A stretch of DNA of 64,000 nucleotides, counting the filler, from Globobulimina sp. (taxonomy: Eukaryota), in NCBI GenBank assembly GCA_003354225.1. It is 27 parts of 27 records of this genome, joined end to end, with 100 filler letters (N's around TTAATTAATTAA, not from the genome) between each part and the next. Parts side by side here need not be neighbours in the genome. Positions count along the whole stretch, not along the records: positions 37,999 to 40,272 come from PIVH01007736.1; positions 40,373 to 42,646 come from PIVH01007737.1; positions 42,747 to 45,019 come from PIVH01007738.1; positions 45,120 to 47,392 come from PIVH01007739.1; positions 47,493 to 49,765 come from PIVH01007740.1; positions 49,866 to 52,138 come from PIVH01007741.1; 21 more parts are not named here. The stretch is one strand, 5' to 3'. Under the pieces are notes generated by a model. That model ran no database searches. It saw only the letters and a program-made list of their open reading frames with translations, and was not told the DNA's origin. Every line of letters begins with the position of its first letter. The stretch's first letter is position 1. A program made the translations under genes and the position numbers. Positions 37,999 to 50,572 of the stretch are shown here, piece after piece.

Positions 37999-38967
37999 TA
38001 TAAAGAGGAATATCTGATGCTTTTTGCATTGATTCATCCTCAAATATATTAAATGATAAATTATTTAATAATAATAATGATAAACAGTGCATATCGATCT
38101 TCTTAACACAAGATATTTTAAAGGGAAATCCATGAAACATCGTAGCCAATAAATTAATGGGTTTAATGAATGCAGAATATTCTTGTTTGACTTTAATATG
38201 ATGAATAGATAAAAAATAAAATTCTTGCAATCCACCAATAAAAAACCGTTCATTCTCTTCAGTATAATCGCTACCTTTACACGTTCATGCCGATCAATTA
38301 AATAACATTTAGATACATCACATCCGTCGACGTCTAGATCTCTTTTTTCTTTTTCTTTTTCTTTTTCCTCATTCACAAAGCCCAACAACTGCTTATTTTG
38401 CATTATGTATTTAAAATCAATCAAAACCTCACAAACTCCGTAAGATTCCCACAATGCCACATTGATTAAGTCATAAATATTAATGTTGATATTTGCATTA
38501 TTATTATTATTCTTTTTGTTTTGTTGCATTCTAATCCAAGATGCATAGATTTGTAATATAAATTTTATTCTTTGTACACGAATATCTTCACCATTATCAT
38601 TATCATTTTGTGCCTTCAATTGTATAATTATTGTTTTATTAAAATACAAAAAAACACTATAAATCTTAACTGTTTTTGGATTGCTACCGCTACACATTGA
38701 ACATTTGGAATCTGTTGCTTTATTTTTAAATGTACAAAACAGACATTCCCATTCATCATTTAACACTTTCTTATTACCACAAATGTTACAGTTTAATACT
38801 TCACTTTTATTTGGAAATGTACATTTTGAACAATTCCATTCTTCAGATATTTGTGGATTTTTTACAGAATTGGAACCAAACAATTTATTTAATTGTTGTT
38901 GAGTTACTTTCATTCCTAACAATGATAATAATGATAATATACTATTTGCATCTCTTTTAGATGCCAT
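37999..38967 (-). CDS. Protein with two RanBP2-type zinc fingers, 3'-partial
   Basis: WNCSKCTFPN...CNIC and WECLFCTFKN...CSMC. Confidence 0.75.
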
Positions 38968-39116
38968 TCGTATTTGATAATATACGTATTCGCAAATGCT
39001 ATATTTGTCGTTTTTCCTATGCCGCTTTGAAGAGTTTTGGTTTAAAAAAAAATCTTCTTCAAAAACCTTAAGAAATCAATTGAATCTGTACAATATTAAA
39101 GAAAAAATCATATAAT

Positions 39117-40272
39117 TCATTTACCAATGATCTGACTCACAGTTTGTTGAAAAATAGCCGAAGTTTGAGCACTAATTTTCCCAGATTTGGCATGTTTTAC
39201 TTGCAATACACACTTTTTACCAATCATTTTATTTACGTTTGTTACTTCTTTTTTGATGTAACGCCAATCTCTGTCAATTATTTTTCCACAGCAAACATAT
39301 AACACTATCCTATCAATTTTGTGTTTTAAACAATATTTGATTTCACTCAATTTTGCAGACACACATTGTTGGCCCGATGGATAACTAATTATCACTCCAA
39401 ATTGTAGCTGTTTCGTTTTATTTTTGTGTTTGATACAATATTCGTTACATTTCACCAACCACAGACTATGAATTAATATCTCTTTTTTATTCAAAACACA
39501 TGCTTCGTCAATCAACTTTTCACAATCTTCGCCATTCCAATTATTGTCATTCAACGCCCGGTCACTCAAATTATTCCATATTGTCTCCATCGATGACACC
39601 AATTTTAATTCACCAGATATCTCCTCTTCATTTTCGACATTCACATTTTTCTTTTTCTTTTTCGATGTTTTTTTATTTTTTGGCGGTTTTTTCATTTTTC
39701 GTTTCGGACTGAAAGGCTTCTTTTTTTTCTTTTTTTTTATTTCAGACTTCTCCGATTTCTCCGCATTTAATTCAAGTGTTTTTATTTCGGACTTTCCCGA
39801 TTTTACCACATTTTCATCTGTTTTTATCTCGGACTTTTCCGATTTTTTCTTAGTCGAACTATCCTCAGAAACATCCGTTTTTGCTTCGGACTTTTCGTCA
39901 GCACTCCATCTATGACTCGATTGCTCAGATTCTGCGGATTCTGCTTTTTTAAATGTGGTACTCACAGATTGTGAATCAGCGAATTCATCGTCAGACGCAG
40001 ACGACGCTTCATCTAATTGTAAACTTTGCAAATCATCAAAATCTAACTCAGAATGATCAATGTTTTTGTTTTTCGTAGTGTCAAATTTAAAATGTGCAGC
40101 AATCACATTATAATTTGCATTTTGATCGACGGGATACAATGATTTGTTTGTTGTATCTGCGGTGTTTTCATATATTATGTTGTTTTGAAGAATATTTTTA
40201 TTTTTGCTGAAATCTGGGGTATTTTTATTTTTTTTCTCATCATCGCCCAAGTTTTTCTCTCTTAATTTCATA
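39117..40272 (-). CDS. Low-complexity protein with a degenerate deoxyribose-phosphate aldolase (DERA/DeoC)-like domain, 5'-partial
   Basis: CEKLIDEA...VIISYPSG...AKLSEIKYCL...DRIVLYVCCGKIIDRDWRYIKKEV follows the N-terminal half of DeoC. Confidence 0.55.
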
Positions 40273-40372
40273 NNNNNNNNNNNNNNNNNNNNNNNNNNNN
40301 NNNNNNNNNNNNNNNNTTAATTAATTAANNNNNNNNNNNNNNNNNNNNNNNNNNNNNNNNNNNNNNNNNNNN

Positions 40373-42272
40373 TATTTACTTTGGCGAGGTCACCCTCCGC
40401 TCTCTGAAGGTCCTGCGCGTAATATGCTTTGATTGCTGTTTTGTGTTTTTCTCGGATTTCATTGGCAATCTGTTTGGCCAACGTTTGTGGAATATGACCC
40501 CTTTTCTGTCCTCCCAATACAAATAAGAATACCGGTCGTTGTTCAATGGCTTTTATTCGGTGGACATATATCGGTTTGTCTTTGTATACCATCGCCGGCA
40601 AATTCATGTTCCAATTCACCACATCATGCGCCATTTCATTTGCCAATTCTTTAAATTTCACAAATACATTGTATGTAAACGCACCATTGTTATGGGGAAG
40701 GTTAGATGCATTGATAAAAGTATTCGAATGATCTCTGATATTTCGTCCCCTTCTGTTGCGCCGGCTATCTAAACGGTCTCTTTCCGCCGGCGTATAATCA
40801 ACTTCCTCAAATTTAACGTCTAATTCTTTTAAGTTTACTTTTGTAAATGGGTGAGGGATAATTTGCGGCAAAATACTATAAAATATTTCGGCGAATTTTA
40901 TCTCACCCCTTAATTGGCTAGCCGGGCGGCTGAACATTTCACTGCGTAGACATAAAATGGTGGATTCCCTCCACGGGTCTTGATTCGATGTTTGTTTTAA
41001 TGTCACTGTTTTGTGCCAGTGTTTCTGGTGCACGTATTCCATAGTTAAGTCATTCCAATTTAATGAATCATATAATGATGGTACAAAACAACCGGTTGCA
41101 TAATATGTACCCTTCGTGAAGTTCTCGTCCGTCTGACATCGCTCTCTTCCAATTTCTAATTTATTTACAAATCGCATCGATGATGGTGGCCAACTCGGGA
41201 AAGGCAGAGGGTCAGCAAACACCACCACATTTTCTCCCGGTTTCGCTTCAAAGATATCGATTAATTTTACACCATTCGCTGTTTCGTATCGTAGATAGGG
41301 CAGTGATTGGTCTTCGTCATTTGATCCCATATTGCTGTCTTCTTTCTTTTTCTTTAATTCTTCACTCATTAAATGCTCGGTCTTCGCCATGAATTCCTCC
41401 ATCTCTTTAAATACATTTGTCCATGTACTATACATTAAACCTCGGCGATCGCGGAGTCTTTTAATGACTGCTTTACTTTTTTCCTTCTTTTTCTGTTTTT
41501 CCTCATTAAGCGGTAGTTCTTCAGTGTTCATTATATTTAATCTCTGCATCTCCGCTGCAATTTCATCATCAATCTGTGTCATTTTCTGCGACATTTTGTC
41601 TAATTCCCCAGATCTATCGACAAATTTCTGGTGGGCTGTCACCATTGTATTCAATTTTGAGATTGGCGGCTTATTCCTCGAGTTATTTACGATGACGATA
41701 TCTTCATCGTCTTCCAATGCTGCAATTGTTTGGGCTTGTTGCGCCACATCGTCATCATCATCACTTTGGTCATCGTTGTCATTTTGATTTTCATCGTCAT
41801 TTACATTGTCTTCTTCATTGACAAATTCCTGCGTTGAAATTGGGTTCGTTTTATCCAGACTGACGATATGAGAGGGGTCTGGATCTTGTTTATTTTCATT
41901 CGTCTGTTTTTTCTTGTTTTTATTACGGTTGACGGGCATTCCCACGGATATTCTCTCCTGTCCTCTTTTTCCTTTTTTTGCCATCGTCAGCTCCAAATTC
42001 TGAATTTTCCTCGATAACTTTCTTTTATTTTCAGTTAATTGTCGAATGACGGCATTTTGTCTGCTTCTGTGAGCCACGTCCTCTTTTTTCTCACCTAAGG
42101 GCTCCAAATCTTTCTGGATATTCTTGATATCATTAATAATTTTGTTATGTTGTGAATATAGCGTGTTGAGTACGAATTTATTTGATGGCGCCGGTTTCTG
42201 TGGGCGTTTCTTTCCTTTAAGTATTTGTTGCGGTGATCGATTTTTGGTATTCTGATCTCTGTTTTTCTTCAT
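40373..42272 (-). CDS. Large intronless hypothetical protein with coiled-coil/basic N-terminus, 3'-partial; possibly a retroelement ORF1
   Basis: More than 630 uninterrupted codons; no recognised domain. Confidence 0.6.
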
Positions 42273-42746
42273 CGTGGTGTAGAGTTTGACTGTCGAGATT
42301 GGGTCTGTCTGCCAAGAGATTTACTTTAGTTATACCTTTCAGAGTTTAGTCCTTACGGAAGGATTGTAAATTATACTTACTCTTGAAAGGTTTTCACAGA
42401 AGTGAGAAACAACGTACGAGTTTGATGTGCTTTTACAAAGTTTTGGTAGCCTCCTTGAATACATTTAACTATTTTTAACAATAAGCAACATATCCACAAA
42501 ATTACAAGCATTATTACATATTTTTTTTTCACTTGCAAGAAAATTTTGTGCGCGTTGTTCATTTGCATGGTGCGCGTTGTTCTTTCGACGGGTGGGAGAC
42601 GAATTTATGTTGTTCGTGTTTTCAATTTTTTCGTGTGCGGTGAACANNNNNNNNNNNNNNNNNNNNNNNNNNNNNNNNNNNNNNNNNNNNTTAATTAATT
42701 AANNNNNNNNNNNNNNNNNNNNNNNNNNNNNNNNNNNNNNNNNNNN

Positions 42747-43710
42747 AGAGAATATGCGGGAGTTTTTCAATGTGGAGAGCAGCAAAGGAAATGCCGTATT
42801 TTCCAAAGGCTATATGTTGCCCGATATGATTGCGAAAACTATGAAAGTGCAAAAGGACAAAATTAAAATGAGTAAAGCTCACAAGTTGTTAGGTTCGAAT
42901 GTGGCGGCCAGCACTGATACGTTTGTCAAAAAAGGCAAAAATGATATAAATGATGCAAATTATAATAAGAAGTTTTTGAGTTTGGATGCAAAGAAAATTG
43001 CGCAGCAAATCACGTTGTTGGCGTTTGATAGGTTTCGCGCCATCGAAGCTCGTGAATGTTTGAACCAAAATTGGAAGAAACCGGACAAAGAGTTGCGAGC
43101 TCCGAATATTATCCGAAATGTAGAATTTTTCAATGATTTGTCAAAGTATATATCAATGAGCATATTGTCGGCGAGCTCGGTGAAGCAAAGAAGTAAATGC
43201 ATCCGGAAGTGGATTAAGATCGGCTGCGACTTTTTCGATTTGCATAACTTTGAATCTCTCGCTGCGATACAAGGCGCATTGACTAGTAATCCGATACATA
43301 AATTGAAGAAGGAATGGAAGGTTATGCCCCAGAAATATATGAATAAGTTCAAGGAATTTAAGGTTATCTATGCGCGGCAGAAAAATAGCAGCAATTTGCG
43401 GAAGATTGTGGAGATTACACCGCCGCCAATGATACCGTATACGGGGGTGTTTTTACAGGATTTGTTTGTGACGGAAGAAGCGAATAAAACAAAGATGAAA
43501 GATGGCACTATCAACTTTACCAAATTGATGGCGTTGCATTCATTGATTCAACGGATTCAGTTGTTGCAGAATACAAAATATTGCAATATTGCCTCTAAGA
43601 ATGAAAATATCGCACAATTTATTATCAAAGGGATTCGTAAATATAAACATTTAACATCGCAAGAAATTTATAATATTAGTGTTTCTCTGACAAAATCACA
43701 AAAAAAATAG
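42747..43710 (+). CDS. RasGEF (CDC25-type) catalytic domain, 5'-partial
   Basis: IAQQITL, LHNFESLAAIQGAL, IHKLKKEW, PPMIPYTGVFLQDL, INFTK. Confidence 0.95.
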
Positions 43711-43842
43711 TCATTTTTTTACTTTTTTCGTCTTTTCCGACTTTTCGTGTTGTTGCATGAGTGTTTGTACAAAAAATAATATTGTTTGTGTCATTAATTC
43801 AATATTTCCAAATGTAAAAACACTTTGCTGCACTAGCTATCA

Positions 43843-44501
43843 ATGAAGACTTTGAAAAAAGTCAAATCTAAAGCAAAAACAAAAGCAGATGGTGCAAAAG
43901 CAAAAGTGGATGAAGCAGCTGAAAAACTAATGGATGATTTTAGGAATCAAATGAATTTATTAGCGCCTGCGATGAAAGAATCAGGATTCAAATTGGTTGA
44001 TATCTCTGTGATAATCCAATTTGTTCCAGCAATGATGAAGCATATTGGGATGATGCGCGTATTCAGGAATCTGCATTGAATAAAACAGGGAAAACTATAG
44101 TTTGGGCGCTGAAGAAAGCAGACAAAGCAAGACAAAAATTCAAAGGGAAAAGGATACAATTTGGTTCATTTACTGTTGGCGTTACAGTCTCGCCTTCAAT
44201 CACATTATCATTTGTTCCTCGTGACACTATGCAAGAATGTAAAGAAAATACAGAAAGTAAAGAAATGGAGAATATTAATCCATTCACTCGATTTTTAAAA
44301 ACTTATAATTTGATTGAATATGAATTAAAACTCTTTGAGTTAGGCGCTAAATCATTGGATGGTTTGAAGGAGTTATGCGATGATACTATCTCTGAGTTAT
44401 GTAATGAAACAGGAATGACATTATTGCATACAAAGAAGTTTGAGAAAGCTTGCAGCGATTTGAAAAATGGAAGTTACTCTCCAAAGGATTCTGTATTATA
44501 A
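43843..44501 (+). pseudogene. SAM-domain protein with frameshift or internal deletion near 44028
   Basis: ORF 43843 reads to IQFVP; coding continues in another frame (NDEAYWDDARIQESALNKTG) to a C-terminal SAM-like domain (FLKTYNLIEY...GMTLLHTKKF). Confidence 0.5.
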
Positions 44502-44712
44502 CAACCTGACAATATGCAACTAATTAAATACTTGCATTTGTCGGTTAGTTCCTCCTTAAACTACGATCAAAATAATGGACCCTATGATGTCTTGTAATGA
44601 TCGGAATTTATCGATGTAATCAACCAAAATTAAAAATATGTATAATAAGAAAATAAGAATTAACACTCTGTTTATTTCAACCACGAAATAAACACACTCT
44701 ATTTTCAAAATT

Positions 44713-45019
44713 TTAAGGCTTTTCCATTTCGACGATCATATTTGTTTCCATTTGTGCTTCATTTTCGTTCTTTAATATGTAACTGCAGCAAGTCCGACAT
44801 TCTTTATCTGAATATGCACAAAGCACAAAATAATAATGTTTGAATCTCTGACAGCTCATAATAATACAAACGAAATTGGTGGCGATATCGAGCAATACAA
44901 TGTAATCGACGGTGCCATAAAGCATGGTAAGAATTGCATTCATCATTGTCATCGACACCGAGATTGTGGTTAGCAATGTCGTTTTGGTGATGGCGGCCAA
45001 AAGGTCTTCATCTTTGTGA
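44713..45019 (-). CDS. C-terminal fragment of a multi-pass membrane protein
   Basis: Two TM helices (ITKTTLLTTIS; LDIATNFVCI) followed by a Cys-containing tail. Confidence 0.5.
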
Positions 45020-45529
45020 NNNNNNNNNNNNNNNNNNNNNNNNNNNNNNNNNNNNNNNNNNNNTTAATTAATTAANNNNNNNNNNNNNNNNNNNNNNNNN
45101 NNNNNNNNNNNNNNNNNNNATGATAGTGTAAATAAATATTAGTATTTTTGTTGTTTCATGTTTATTTTTCTTGTTTTCAAAAGACATTCCTCTTTTTTTT
45201 TCAAATTAGATTTAATACATCGATAGTATATTCTCCGCAAGAAAACTCCGACAATTTAGAAACGTAATAATAAAAAAAAAGACAAAAATCATTCATTATT
45301 ATAACAATCCAGAGCATTCTTACAAGAATATAATAATAATAATATATATAAAAACGGAAGAATTGAGAAGGATGGAAAACAAAACAAAGAAAATAATGCG
45401 ATAATTGTAATTATCAAAACAAGAAAACCAAACAAAAAACAAGAAAAAAATACAAAAGCAACAACAACAAAAAAACACAAAGAAAAACTAAAATAATTAA
45501 AACAGTTTATACTAAATCCACCGCGCCAT

Positions 45530-47339
45530 TTATGTCAACAAACACCACATAATGGTAAACTTTGGGAACTTCATAGTTTTTTTCTTAAACTTTCTGAACC
45601 TCTTTCTCAAAAACGGCACTTTCTTCAACTGATCAAAATACCGCTTACTCAATTTATCGTATTCCACCGTATTATTCACCGCCACTTCCTCCGCCTGCGC
45701 CGGCGGCAAAATCTTTTGCAATCCGTTCAAAGTCTCACTTTCCGTCATTCCAATGGTTAACATATGAATCCCTTTGCAGTTCGCCAACAAAAACTTGACC
45801 GAGTCCCAAATGGGCGTCTTGGGCTTGAAGCACTTGACAAATAACTGGCACTTCTTGAGATTCTTGCATTTGTTCGCAAGGTGATATATAGTGTCCGAGC
45901 TCAAGCAGCAAGCCCAAGAATCGATGTCGACGTTTTGATGCGGCGTAGTGAGCCGAAAGAAATCCAGATTCTCCAACAACGGCATTCGACTGAAACACTC
46001 CTTGACAAAGTCCTCCTGCACAGACACCGGGATCGCGAACTCCGTCACCGAGCAAGGAATCAGATGCGAGATGTTGGTGAGAGCTAAGCGATGATGTGAA
46101 TGGAAGTTCCTATTCGGATGCCGGGGCCCTAAGATGTTGACATTCAAAGTGCGCAAGTTATTGAAGTTATAGATCATATTCACCACATCGTCGCTGCGCG
46201 ACAACGCCGCGCAATGAATGTGTTGAATGGTCGGTATGTACGCTAAGGATTGCAGCCAGCAATACCCTCTCCGCGAGATATGGCGACAGCGCACAAACAA
46301 GGTGTCTATGACATTGCTGTTGAAGCTGGCGGAATATTTGCGTTTGTACGCGAAGTAGGCGGCGATGTCGGCTATGTCGGTGTGGCCGATGTGGCGCTTG
46401 ATTTGCCGCAAGCAGTGCTTCCCTAAGATCTGCATGATGTGGTTCCAGGCATTCCAGTCGTTTTCCTCTATGCTGCCCTCAAAAGTGATGATTTGCAGCA
46501 AGCGGCAGGAACGAAGCAAGAAGGACTCGAAGTAGGCGGTGTTGTAATTCATGTCGAAGTTGGCATAGATGGACACCTTCATTCTGTCGCCGCTGTGTTG
46601 GCACAGTTTGGTGTCGGCGTTGTTGGTGTCGTGGTAAGTGGGCGGGCTATTTTTTTGTGTTTGCGACTCGTTGTAAATATTTCGGATGACGGTGATGGGG
46701 AATTTGATGGATTTCCATACGTTTGGGTCGCCGCATAAGGTTCGAAATTCGTGGCAGACCAAAGGCAGTGTCGTCAGCAAGATGTTGAAGGAGAAATAGT
46801 GCGAAAATAAGTGCAATAACCACGAGGAGGGTAAGTGCAATAAATTGGATAAGATCAGCGGCTCTTTTTCTTTTTCTTTTTTCTTCACAGTCAAGTCGAG
46901 TGTCAGCAATCTAGGTAAATAAAAAGAAATAAATGTATTTGTGAGGTGTTTTGTAGATAAATTTTAACTTTTTTTTATTTTTTTTAGTGATCGGTAGTTT
47001 ATTGGGACTCATATCGAGTTCGGTTGATATTGAATAATGTTCTTCTTCTTCAGAGGCGGAGTCAGTGTCGGTTTCATTCTCTTTGTTTTCTGAATTGTTA
47101 TTATTATTCGCGTCGTTCATAATATTGAGGTTTGATATGTCTTTATTTATATGTAATAGATGATAATACCACTCATTGATAATGAGAGTCTCCTGTTCGA
47201 TTTGTGGGACGTACGTCGATGCTATGATTCGCATCCACGACCTAAACTGACCGATATTCGTCTCTGCCTTCCATTTGATGAATGCTGTTAAGTCTCGATC
47301 TGTGCAATGATCCAAACAATGATTTAAATGATGCGACAT
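45530..47339 (-). CDS. F-box/LRR-like protein (intron 46911-46968)
   Basis: A phase-2 intron joins ORFs 46911-47339 and 45530-46909. F-box LLHLPSSWLLHLFS..LPLVCHEFRTL...VW, followed by LRR-like repeats. Confidence 0.7.
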
Positions 47340-47492
47340 ATAATTTGGTAGTGGCGAATGAATGGTGGTTAACGAAATATCCCTTTCTGTCANNNNNNNN
47401 NNNNNNNNNNNNNNNNNNNNNNNNNNNNNNNNNNNNTTAATTAATTAANNNNNNNNNNNNNNNNNNNNNNNNNNNNNNNNNNNNNNNNNNNN

Positions 47493-48403
47493 AGATTCGA
47501 ATGGGGACAATGGTGGGAAAATTGGGTAATCCTAATTTATAAATTGTGCCTACGTAACCTGTCCATGGATATTCATCAATGGGGTATTGTTTGAATGAGG
47601 CACGTATTACCGATGTTAGTTTCCATTTGAAATCAGAGCGGAGATTTGGGTACGATGACAAATCTGGTTTGTTGAATGAAATCAGCTCAAATACACGCTG
47701 CGAATGTGGTGATTGAATAATTAACGAATAAAATGTTTTTGCTACGGATTTGTGATACCATTTGAGTCCAACGTATGAGGTCAATATATGGTAATTGTTG
47801 TTGATTTGTTGGAGATATTTATCTAAATCTAACACCCAAAAAGCTACAGAATTGTCAAAGAATGCATCGAAGCTATACTGAGAATAGCCGTTAATCACTG
47901 CGTAGAACTTTTTTGTATATTCGTGTTCTAATGTTTTGATTGACAAATAGCCCTCTTCCAATTGCCAGGTTTGTGGTGCGTGCAATTTAAAGCACGTAAA
48001 TGGTAGATATCTGACATAAATTTATATTTTTTTCAAGACTTATAATATATGTTATTATATGGGAGATTTACATACAGTTTGGAGAGTCGTGCACATTCAT
48101 TCTGATGAAAGTCTGCTGATCAGAAACAAAATTTTTATGTTGTATTACAAAAAAACAGATTAATTAACGTGGAACATATTCTTGTGTTGCTTCAGGGAAT
48201 ATCAATTGGATCATTTCTGTATCGCGATAACTATCCGTGGTTGCTAATGTATGTTTGCCTATTTTCAATTGCGAGCTGTAACATTCCATTGGCGGATAAT
48301 GCATCGGATTTAATTCCATTGTTTGCAAGTCTATGTCTGATGGTGTTATACAGATAAATGAGGTGATTAACGACAGACAAAAAGAAGTCATTTTGTTTGC
48401 CAT
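47493..48403 (-). CDS. Hypothetical secreted multi-exon protein, 3'-partial
   Basis: Signal-peptide-like start; same-strand ORFs separated by short intron-like segments. Confidence 0.45.
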
Positions 48404-49045
48404 GACCTAATTTTGAGACTTGAGTTGAGTAAAGTCAGTAAACAGATGTCGTAGTCTTAAAAGATGATTTAACGCTTAGGATTTCAGGTTTGGTATATCT
48501 CAAATGCTCTGAATGTGTGTGGTTCAATTTACATTGTATACGATCATAAAAAAATCAATTAAACCGGTTGTTATACAAATTTTGGTCTTGCACGCAATCA
48601 ATTTGGTATATAATCAAACAGCAACATCAACATATACAAAAAAGACAACATATACAAAACCTAATGGTACGTAGAGATAATAAAAGAAACTAAGCTTAGG
48701 GGAAATTATGAACAACAAAAAAATAAGAAAAAAAAACGAAAAAGGGAAAGTGAGAAACATTAGATGTAAAAACAAAAGTGACCGCAATTTAGTAACGTTC
48801 GTTAAATACACAAATAATAATTACCAATTCTAAAACTAATACGTATGGAAATGTCGAATTCGATATAGATACTTTAGATATAAATAATACTGAACAATTG
48901 ACAGGAAAAAAAAAGTAAAACAAAAAGAAAAAAACATTATAAACATAAAAATAAAGGAAATTTAAACATAATCATAATAAAATTTGAAAGCAAGATATGC
49001 AAACAAAATAAAACAGGATAGGTAGAATGTAGAATGTTGTTTTTT

Positions 49046-49429
49046 TTAATTACTTAATAAATTATTTATATGCTTTAATAATAAATAGATATCATTACAA
49101 TCCGTGATACCGAGTCTATGTAAATCCAATTTATTTAATTTCGACAACATAGATCCATTGACATTCTCTGAATTCATCGAATATATTAAATACTCTTTAT
49201 ATTTAATAAAAATACCATTTTCTAACTTCATTATCCACGCAATCACATCATTACAATTCCATAATAAGACCGTATTTAAATTATGCAACGACACATATTT
49301 ATTATATAACAATGAATACTTATCATTTATATGTTTATTAAAATTTTTTTGCTCATCTAATTCAAGTAACGCCTGATTTTTGTCATGCATTAATTGACGA
49401 ATCATTAACTTCTGCTTTTCTTTGGACAA
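49046..49429 (-). CDS. SAM-domain protein, C-terminal exon
   Basis: WNCNDVIAWI...Y...ENVNGSMLSKL...DLHRLGI...LLKHI. Confidence 0.75.
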   Translation of the reverse strand: MSKEKQKLMIRQLMHDKNQALLELDEQKNFNKHINDKYSLLYNKYVSLHNLNTVLLWNCNDVIAWIMKLENGIFIKYKEYLIYSMNSENVNGSMLSKLNKLDLHRLGITDCNDIYLLLKHINNLLSN

Positions 49430-49452
49430 TGCTGAATGGTTTTAATTACAAC

Positions 49453-49765
49453 TTAAAGGTGATCCCTTGACTCCGAAGTGCAAGCTGCAAGCCAAAGCGA
49501 CACAAACATGATTGGAAAATAACAAATTGAGGGTAGCGTGGTCCTACCACTACTCTCACCGTGGATAAGGCTGCTAGATTCCATCTGCCTGGCCTTTCCA
49601 AGGCATTCCGCTAGGCCATGCGCAGCTCCTGCGAAGCAGTTTGCACCTCTGCCTTCTCGAGTGATGTGGCTCGTGACAGTGCGAGGCTCCCACCGCGGGA
49701 AGCCAACGCAAGGCTGCGAGTCCGCTGCATGGACGAGCCACGTCATGGCTCACGTGCGGATTCTG
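49453..49765 (+). other. GC-rich hairpin-dense element (structured RNA or mobile-element end), truncated by the contig end
   Basis: Abrupt composition change at TTAA|AGG; at least six stem-loops in about 310 bp. Confidence 0.5.
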
Positions 49766-49865
49766 NNNNNNNNNNNNNNNNNNNNNNNNNNNNNNNNNNN
49801 NNNNNNNNNTTAATTAATTAANNNNNNNNNNNNNNNNNNNNNNNNNNNNNNNNNNNNNNNNNNNN

Positions 49866-50488
49866 CATTAATTATTACGTCCGGCGCATCTGCCAAATAT
49901 TTGGGCTTACACAATGAACAAAGGCTAATTGGCCGTGGATTGTCGGCTTGCGCCACCTGCGATGGCTGGTTTTTTAAAGGGAAACAAATTGCAGTGATTG
50001 GAGGCGGTGATACCGCGATGGAGGAAGCAAACTTTTTGACAAAGTTTGCCTCGAAAGTCTATATTATACATCGAAGGGATGAGTTTCGAGCCAGTAAGAT
50101 TATGCGAGATCGGACTTTTAAGAATGATAAAATTGAGGTTTTATGGAATACGGTGTGCATTGATGTATTGGGAGAGGATAAAGTCAACGGATTGAAATTG
50201 CAAAATGTGAAGGAAAATAAGGAATATGTATTGGATGTAACAGGCTTATTTTTGGGCATTGGACATAAACCAAATACGGAAGCTTTTGAAGGAAGCGGTT
50301 TGTTATTGGATGAGAGTGGATATATTGTGGTTGAACCAGGAACTGTCAATACAAATATTGATGGTATATATGCTTGTGGTGATGTACAGGATTTACGGTA
50401 CAAACAAGCGATTACGGCAGCTGGTACTGGTTGTATGGCTGCCATGGACGCTGAGAAATTCCTTGAACATACTCAGTCAAAATTGTAG
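49866..50488 (+). CDS. trxB: Low-molecular-weight thioredoxin reductase (TrxB type), 5'-partial
   Basis: GLSACATCDG redox motif, VIGGGDTAMEEA, IHRRDEFRAS, GDVQD..YKQAITAAGTGCMAA. Confidence 0.96.
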
Positions 50489-50572
50489 AAAGTACTGAAG
50501 TGCAATTAGTGCATCGATAAACGTATTAATACAACTGAATCAATTTTGTACAGTAAATGAACCAAAAAAAGA

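Noticed and set aside
42561-42568. Octamer motif ATTTGCAT as a regulatory site
   Set aside because: An 8-mer is expected by chance in AT-rich DNA.
49453-49470. Similarity to the SSU rRNA 3' end (GGATCACCT on the minus strand)
   Set aside because: Only 9 nt match; helix 44/45 sequences are absent.
49453-49821. Short ORFs in the GC-rich island as proteins
   Set aside because: No motifs; open frames on both strands are expected from high GC.
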